Part shown: in pieces, positions 5,632-11,514 of the stretch
How the letters are laid out: the number at the start of each line of letters is the position of its first letter
Numbering within the stretch: position 1 is the stretch's first letter
NCBI GenBank assembly: GCA_039803205.1
Contig: JBDRYB010000040.1
Location: 1-11,514 of the forward strand
Origin: a candidate division WOR-3 bacterium
GTDB lineage: Bacteria; Hydrothermota; Hydrothermia; JBDRYB01
DNA length: 11,514 nt
Reading direction: 5' to 3'
Notes under the pieces: model-generated
Database searches by the model: none
What the model was told of the DNA's origin: nothing
What the model saw: the letters and a program-made list of their open reading frames with translations, nothing else
Translations under genes and position numbers: made by a program

Positions 5632-7852
5632 AGAGGTGCTAATACTTGCCCTGCTCGTGGTTCCAGCCACGAGCGCTGAGCACATATACGGAATGACGGC
5701 TCAAGGAGCTAACTACCTGCCAGGAGAAGGCTGGGATCCATACCTTGAGCAGATATACATGGGCCTGAACATGGGACCTGTTGTAGTAGGGGCATCCGAT
5801 GGGAGCAGAGTCGGGGATGAAATGTTCTATTGGTGTCACTTCTATATCCCACTAGGGGCATTTCACTATGACGGCCTATGGCACATGCCTGAACATGTTG
5901 CTCGGATTGTTGACCAGTCCCGTAGGATAAAGGATATGGGGAGAGGCCCCATCATTTGGCGGTTCGGAACCGTATTCCCTCAGTTTGTTCCTTCGGGAAG
6001 CGGATTGGTGTGTCCGGGCATAGATGACAGCATCTTCAGCTGGGACGAGGCCTTTCCTGAGGATAAGTCTCCACCTCCTCCACATCATGAGGATAGCGTT
6101 GAGATCCTCATATATAATGGCGACCCACACAATCTCTCAAGATACACCGACAAGCTCCCAAACAACACCCTGGACACGGTGATGAAGTGGGCCATGAACG
6201 GGGTCCTTGGAGTAGGTGTTTATGGAGGAAGCTCCTTATATCCTGAAGGACACCAGCCAGAAGGACTACCCTCCCTAGATGAGCTACTCTACGCTGACAT
6301 GTCTTGGGCTTTTGAGTATCTTAAGCAGATAGAGGGCCACGAGGTTATAGATTACATCTATATAGGCGAGGGAGGGACTGAGCCGCTGATGGGCCCATGG
6401 AACTTCTGGAGGGCATTTGTGTTGAATCCGCCTTTGCCTGACGAAAACCCTGAGGATTCTATTATACCTCCCGATTCAATAGTTTTGCTCGGCAGGGGCA
6501 CAGGATATGATTATAAAGCACTTGGTTATGGCGATTTAGAAAACAACGACTGTCCCTTTGCCATAGGCCCCCTCCACTGGGCAATGGAGACCCGCCACGG
6601 CCCACAGGGCAAATATCTGATGTGGTGGGCAAGGGTTACACTCCTGCATGAGGACATCCCCCAGGACTACACCACGACCATAAAGGTCTCTATCTGGGCA
6701 GTTGACAGGATAAGACAATACGAAGATGCATGTGCAGTAGGAAATGCCCTAGGGCCTGAGGACCCCCCTTCTCTTGAGATGACCTTCAACCTGAGAGTAG
6801 ATCCAGATTACATAAACCGGGTGAAAGAGATAGCGTCTCCAAAGTGGTGGGGCCAGCACTACTATGCTCCTATCCTCAGAGCCGCAGAAGATCACCTTTC
6901 CGGAACAGATGTGAAGATGCTGGTCTTCATCGGGGAGATGAACAATGGGGTCAGGGGGAGACAGCCTAACCCCCTGCGGTTCCGGGAGTGGATGGGTCCA
7001 GAATATTACGGTTGGGCCGGCAATCTGAGAACTCCTGATACCGTGCCACCGGAATTTAAGGCCCTTCTCAACGACGCTGACAGCCTCCTGGCAGGCATTG
7101 CCCTGGCCGGGGTTGATCCCGATGTGGCTGTTGATGGCTATGGCATCCACCTCTATGTTCATTCTTACTCCTGGGACACTGTTCCGGAGTGGATGCCCTA
7201 CGCTACCCTGCCTGACATCCTGGACACCCTTATACTCAGCAAAGGAACCGGGGATCACTCTCCTTACTATGGCCAGAAGGACATCTTTATCACGGAGCTG
7301 GGAGCCGCGATTGACACCGGAGGGTATGTGAATTTGGACTGTCAGGGTGCTCTCTGCTGTATATACAACCAGCCGCCAGTCCAGGCCAGGGTCATGGTTC
7401 AGAGCTATGACAGCTACAGGCATTACAGGGAGAAATATGAAAACACCCACAGATTCAAGCTCAAGGGGCTCCTCTGGTTCACCTATGGGACATGGGACAT
7501 TAACTTTTCTGTTGCCCAGAAATACCCATATGAAACTGCCGGACCTGAGGAGCCATATTGGCCTCTTCCCGCTTACTACACTCACAATCTCTACGCGGAG
7601 ACTTACGGAAACCCCTCGAACAAACCCCTCGCTTGCCGTGATTCCCTGGGAACCTGGTCAAGGGGAAAGAGGTTTCTGATAACAGAGGACGGAAGGGAGG
7701 CCTTACTGATGAGAAAGAGGTGGCTGAAGAATAATGGGAATTGGCATGTTTTCAGTGAAAATTCAGCTCCTCTTAGTTTGCCCCTTGATATTCCACGCCT
7801 TTTCATGTATAAAATAGATGTGCATGCACAACTAAAAGAAGGAGGTTTTTGA
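5627..7852 (+). CDS. B2: secreted GH-A-like (GH5/GH39-type) TIM-barrel protein with an inserted domain and J1-encoded tail
   Basis: Signal peptide MKEVLILALLVVPATSA. Motifs DGYGIHLY (beta6), KDIFITELG (beta7 nucleophile), QARVMVQSY (alpha7), LKGLLWF (beta8), WPLPAYY (terminal KPAY-like motif). The only B gene that looks intact. Confidence 0.72.
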   Translation: MKEVLILALLVVPATSAEHIYGMTAQGANYLPGEGWDPYLEQIYMGLNMGPVVVGASDGSRVGDEMFYWCHFYIPLGAFHYDGLWHMPEHVARIVDQSRRIKDMGRGPIIWRFGTVFPQFVPSGSGLVCPGIDDSIFSWDEAFPEDKSPPPPHHEDSVEILIYNGDPHNLSRYTDKLPNNTLDTVMKWAMNGVLGVGVYGGSSLYPEGHQPEGLPSLDELLYADMSWAFEYLKQIEGHEVIDYIYIGEGGTEPLMGPWNFWRAFVLNPPLPDENPEDSIIPPDSIVLLGRGTGYDYKALGYGDLENNDCPFAIGPLHWAMETRHGPQGKYLMWWARVTLLHEDIPQDYTTTIKVSIWAVDRIRQYEDACAVGNALGPEDPPSLEMTFNLRVDPDYINRVKEIASPKWWGQHYYAPILRAAEDHLSGTDVKMLVFIGEMNNGVRGRQPNPLRFREWMGPEYYGWAGNLRTPDTVPPEFKALLNDADSLLAGIALAGVDPDVAVDGYGIHLYVHSYSWDTVPEWMPYATLPDILDTLILSKGTGDHSPYYGQKDIFITELGAAIDTGGYVNLDCQGALCCIYNQPPVQARVMVQSYDSYRHYREKYENTHRFKLKGLLWFTYGTWDINFSVAQKYPYETAGPEEPYWPLPAYYTHNLYAETYGNPSNKPLACRDSLGTWSRGKRFLITEDGREALLMRKRWLKNNGNWHVFSENSAPLSLPLDIPRLFMYKIDVHAQLKEGGF

Positions 7853-7886
7853 ACCATGATCGGGATTGCATTGTTTCTGCTTTCGG
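7619..7886 (+). repeat. Junction block J1, copy 2
   Basis: Near-identical to 566-833. Identity starts abruptly at aacaaacccctcg and ends after ctgctttcgg. Confidence 0.97.
7785..7813 (+). promoter_or_regulatory. Putative sigma70 promoter upstream of A3, inside the B2 coding tail
   Basis: TTGATA (7785-7790), 17 bp, TATAAA (7808-7813). Same boxes as 732-760. Confidence 0.7.
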
Positions 7887-9184
7887 CGGAGCCGGGGGAG
7901 GCCTATGTCCCATTCGGGATTGACTCCATGAACATGAGGATGGTGGGATATCTGGTGGATACATCTAGAAACGGCTTTTGGCGCTTGGCCGTAACAGAGG
8001 ACATGAACTACGCGTATACCTACGATGCTTATCTCGTTATCATAGACATGCGGGACAAGGAAAACCCAAGGATAGCCAGAGTGATAGACAGCATAAAACC
8101 TTGGGCGCTTCTGGTAAAGGATACCCTGCTGTTCTTGATCTGGAACCATTTCACTATTTGCGACATCTCAGACCCCCTGAACCCGGTTCCAATAGGTCAC
8201 TGCGACTCCGTTTACGGAAGGGAGGACCTGATATACCTTGAGGGTCTAAATAGGGTTTGTATAGCCGATTGGAAGGTCACGATAATAGATGTCTCTAACC
8301 CCACATCTCCCAAGCCAACATGCACTGTCACGCTCGGTGGAACAGTGCCCCAGGCCTGCTATGTTCCCCCTTACCTCTATGTTATCAAGTCCGATACCCC
8401 GTATTCTCACGCCTACATCTTTGAGCTCAAGGTGAACCCGGATTCCCTCAAACTCCTCAACAGGATTGACCATTGGACCCCTAATAACTGGGATTATGGC
8501 ACCCGGACCATAGCGGCCTGGAAGGACGATTCCTCCGGGAGGACCTACCTCTACTGCCTAGGGGGCACAGTGTGCTATGTCTTTGACGTGACTGATCCCC
8601 TGGACCCCATTACGGTGAATTATGGCAAGATGGACCCAACTTGCAACCTGTCCAGGGTGGATGGCCACCTTCTTTATTCAAGGTCAGGGTGGTTAGGCCA
8701 ACATAAAGACGGAATAACCATTTGCGATCCCAAAATGGACCCTGCGTTTTTCCCGATAGTTGGGTTTTACAGGTGGTCAGAATTAGGAGGCGAGTTCTGG
8801 GACATCTGGGACTTAAGGCCAAAAAACGGATGGATTTTCGTATCAGCGACCCTTCACAATTTCAGAGACGAGATGGTGGGGGCAAGCTTCGGTATCTTCT
8901 ACACTCCCCTGGGCGCTCCGGGCACCTCCATCTGTATCCCTGAGACTTTCAGGGTCGTCGTCACTTACCCAGGGCCGAGGCTTTGCCTTACGCTATATTC
9001 CAAGTCAAACGTGTCCCTCAGCCTCTACGATGCTGGGGGTCGTCTGGCAATCAGGAAGGACCTGGGCAGGCTAAACCCAGGAAGCCACGCTATCCCCTTG
9101 GGCCACAATCTCGCTCAGGGGGTCTATTTCCTTCAGGTGAATATAAACGAAAAGAGGTTCTTAGAGAAGGTGGTGATAAAATGA
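7856..9184 (+). CDS. A3: LVIVD-repeat beta-propeller protein with canonical T9SS/Por-type C-terminal domain
   Basis: Repeats LVIIDMRDKENP, FTICDISDPLNP, VTIIDVSNPTSP, YVFDVTDPLDP. C-terminus LSLYDAGGRL..LAQGVYFLQV..EKVVIK-stop. Confidence 0.88.
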   Translation: MIGIALFLLSAEPGEAYVPFGIDSMNMRMVGYLVDTSRNGFWRLAVTEDMNYAYTYDAYLVIIDMRDKENPRIARVIDSIKPWALLVKDTLLFLIWNHFTICDISDPLNPVPIGHCDSVYGREDLIYLEGLNRVCIADWKVTIIDVSNPTSPKPTCTVTLGGTVPQACYVPPYLYVIKSDTPYSHAYIFELKVNPDSLKLLNRIDHWTPNNWDYGTRTIAAWKDDSSGRTYLYCLGGTVCYVFDVTDPLDPITVNYGKMDPTCNLSRVDGHLLYSRSGWLGQHKDGITICDPKMDPAFFPIVGFYRWSELGGEFWDIWDLRPKNGWIFVSATLHNFRDEMVGASFGIFYTPLGAPGTSICIPETFRVVVTYPGPRLCLTLYSKSNVSLSLYDAGGRLAIRKDLGRLNPGSHAIPLGHNLAQGVYFLQVNINEKRFLEKVVIK

Positions 9185-11215
9185 AAAGGACAGCCATAGG
9201 CATAGGACTGATGATGGTGAGCCCTCTTGGAGCGCAGAAAGACCCCCTCTACGGGGTCACGGAGGCTCGTGATACATACTGGACTGACAGCGTAGGGTTT
9301 GGTCTAACAGGAATAGTTAGGCATTGGGACGGACTCTATGGGCCTCCTGAAGTTGAGATTCCTCAGGAGGGCCTGATCTTTGACCCAATGCCAAGGGTGC
9401 TAGAGGATGGTCAAAAGGCAAAGAATATGAAGGACAGAGGCCTCTCAGTTGAGTGGAGATTCTGCCTGGGAGCGGTTCCTGTGATATACTCACCCCAAGA
9501 ACAGAGAAGCATAGACGAGACCTCCATGCCATTCGGATACGACCAGGTTTATCCAAACCCTCAGTATTTTGATGGGGAGTCAGTTTCCATCATCCTTCAT
9601 GTGTGTAAGGACAGCCCCTGGCAGGATAGACCAGAGTATAAGTATTCCATACTAGATTATCAATGTCCACAATGATGTCATAGATACAGTTGCCAGGTGG
9701 GCCATGGAGGGGGTCCTTGCAGCTTGGGCCTGGCCCCACAAGTGCGTGTATGAGATGTATTCTCCGGGCGGAGAGGCTCACGATACCATCTGGGAGAATG
9801 ACATCCCGGGCATAATTCAGGCCCTGAAACAGCCTGTTCCTGGCGGCGGCCCTGTTTATGAATACATGGACTACATGACCATATTCGGAGCGCCGAGCGG
9901 GTCTGGGTATAGCTTCTGGTGGGTTTTCGCAAAGGAGCGGGATCGGGAAGATACCGTCAACTTTGAGGAAGGCCTTGTAACCGGAAACCTCCATTACCGT
10001 TTCTGTCCCTGGCACGGTAAAGATGGGGAGAATAACAACTACACATACCCACATGTAGGTATCTGGTGGCAAGCTATGGTAATCGTGGAGCCCGATAGGG
10101 ATCACATTAGCTATGACGATGACTGCCAGGCCTGGGTCAGGTTTGAATTCTATGCGAGAACATCCTATGACCACCTGTATAATGCCTGGGCGGGTTTTGT
10201 TCACGCGTGGACATGGGAGGAAATCAAGAAAATCAAAGAGGAGGATCCCTTGTTCCAGCCCAGTTTCGTGGTAACCGTTCACCTCAGTGTAGAACCATCC
10301 TTCCGAGACTGGGTCAGGGATGTGCTGTGGGACCCAGCTTGGGGTGCCAGGGTATATCATATTCCCCTTGCCAGAGCCATTCAGCAAGACCCTGAACTCA
10401 CGGACGAGATAAAGGTAATGCGCATGGGTGGGGAGATGAACTGCTTGTGGCCTCTAGGCGGGGAGGAATATCCACATGGTCAGGGCACATTTCCCTATTG
10501 GCTCGGGCATGGTCAAGATGAAGGTGAAGCTGGCCTCAAAAAGATGTTCTTCGGTGGCGCTTTTAGCAACGATGACCCGCACAACATGGACAGGCTGGAC
10601 AAACAGATCCTAGAAATGCAAGTGAGGGCCTTGGATCAAAATCCAGAGCTCGTGAGCTATCTTGATGGCTATACCTATAACCTCTATGTCCACACGCTTC
10701 CATGTATTAATTGTGAGAATAACCACCCTCCCATGCCTTACGATACCTTTTACACTATGATGGCAGACATCCATGCCATACACGGGCCTGGCGGGGATTA
10801 TCCAGGTGAGGTTCTCATCACAGAGATGGGCGTTGTTGCTGATCCGAGAAACCCGGTTGAAATGGCAAACAAGGCCACGCTTGTAGTCCATCACTATGAT
10901 GTGATTGAGAGGGCGAGGGAGGAAATACCAAATTTTCCGGTGGTCTCCGGAATTTACTATGCCTTTGATGGGGGTGACTGGAACCTCTTTCTGAGGCTTC
11001 CTAATGGAGATGGAGAGTGGTGCCCCACACCAGCGGTATACGCCTATCAACTCCATGCTTACACCTACAACTATAACAGTCCTACCATGTCGTATCCAAA
11101 CAAACCCCTCGCTTGCCGAGATTCCCTGGGAACATGGTCAAGGGGAAAGAGGTTCCTGATAACGCGAATATTTGCATCCTGCCGAGGGTCAGCTTTAACA
11201 TTCATGATGAGGTGA
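9181..11215 (+). pseudogene. B3: secreted GH-A-like protein split by a +1 frameshift near 9656-9672 (pseudogene or sequencing error)
   Basis: Start at 9181 overlaps the A3 stop (ATGA) and encodes signal peptide MKRTAIGIGLMMVSPLGA. That frame stops at 9675. The next frame from 9656 reads IINVHNDVIDTVARWAMEGVL, matching B2 PNNTLDTVMKWAMNGVL. Later motifs are GGEMN, DGYTYNLY, VLITEMG, CPTPAVY. Confidence 0.8.
11099..11163 (+). repeat. 65-bp core of J1, copy 3
   Basis: Matches 566-630 with 2 mismatches, then diverges abruptly. Confidence 0.95.
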
Positions 11216-11218
11216 AAA

Positions 11219-11514
11219 ATGCTCATGTTGATCCTTTGGGCTCTGCCTTTCCTTCCTGAGAAGGGGGAAGGCTCGGTTTTTAGCTGGAACACTGGCTCCG
11301 GCTACACCCCTTTCAGCACCATAGACACGGCCTGGAATGTTGAACTCCTTGCTACCTGGGATGATGGCAGGAATTATGTTGGGGGCATAGGGGTCGCAAC
11401 TTATCAGAACTATGTATACTTATCGCAAGCGACAATAGGAGGCTCGGGGGAAGGAATAACCATTCTGGCTCTTTACGACTCCCTGGGAAAGACGGTCATC
11501 AGAAAGGTGGGCAG
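11219..11514 (+). CDS. A4 (partial, runs off the window): fourth A-family propeller protein, absent from the supplied ORF track
   Basis: RBS GAGGTGA at 11209-11215. Open frame MLMLILWALPFLPEKGEG..GYTPFSTIDTAWNVELLATWDD..YVYLSQ matches A1/A2 YTPLSP.D.SWNVELVGW.D. Confidence 0.8.
   Translation, partial: MLMLILWALPFLPEKGEGSVFSWNTGSGYTPFSTIDTAWNVELLATWDDGRNYVGGIGVATYQNYVYLSQATIGGSGEGITILALYDSLGKTVIRKVG

Noticed and set aside
8983..9180. 5' part of the 230-aa ORF 8983-9675
   Set aside because: It overlaps the A3 sorting domain in another frame. The real start is the ATG at 9181, which gives a signal peptide.
797..9184. TGA recoded as an amino acid (genetic code 4 or 25)
   Set aside because: A3 ends with TGA exactly at the canonical sorting-domain end with an ATGA overlap into B3. 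Long ORFs are open under the standard code, and each A gene has its own RBS.
6749..10387. Long minus-strand ORFs (6749-7585, 9590-10387) and other antisense or nested ORFs
   Set aside because: They are shadows of the + strand genes with no recognisable motifs.
11164..11201. Alternative promoter before A4 (TTGCAT-18 bp-TAACAT, near-palindrome gcgaatatttgc)
   Set aside because: The match is weak and the implied start site would fall on the RBS, so it is not supportable.
803..11219. Units 1 and 3 have exactly the same length (A starts spaced 3363, 3690, 3363 bp)
   Set aside because: Gene lengths inside the two units differ, B1 is truncated and B3 has an indel, so no mechanism is evident. Treated as coincidence.
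1..11514. CRISPR array, tRNA/rRNA, transposase, intrinsic terminators
   Set aside because: No short regularly spaced repeats, RNA gene signatures, transposase motifs or hairpin-plus-U-tract terminators were seen.

Overview
Bacterial window with all real genes on the + strand. A small winged-helix regulator-like gene (209-463) and a 107-aa ORF precede a tandem array of alternating paralogues A1-B1-A2-B2-A3-B3-A4(partial). A genes encode LVIVD-repeat beta-propeller proteins with a C-terminal Por/T9SS-type (TIGR04183/FlgD-like) sorting domain. B genes encode signal-peptide-bearing proteins with motifs of a clan GH-A-like (beta/alpha)8 glycoside hydrolase barrel, but without the canonical acid/base motif. 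The gene interiors are highly diverged. The junctions are near-identical DNA blocks: J1 is the B tail + internal sigma70 promoter + RBS + A start, and J2 is the A sorting domain + RBS + B start. This constant/variable layout, together with a mosaic junction, suggests a recombination-shuffled cassette array of secreted enzyme/propeller pairs. B1 is truncated after barrel strand 7 and B3 has a +1 frameshift. No recombinase, reverse transcriptase, RNA gene or CRISPR array is visible. Protein family calls come from motif recognition by eye, not from database searches.
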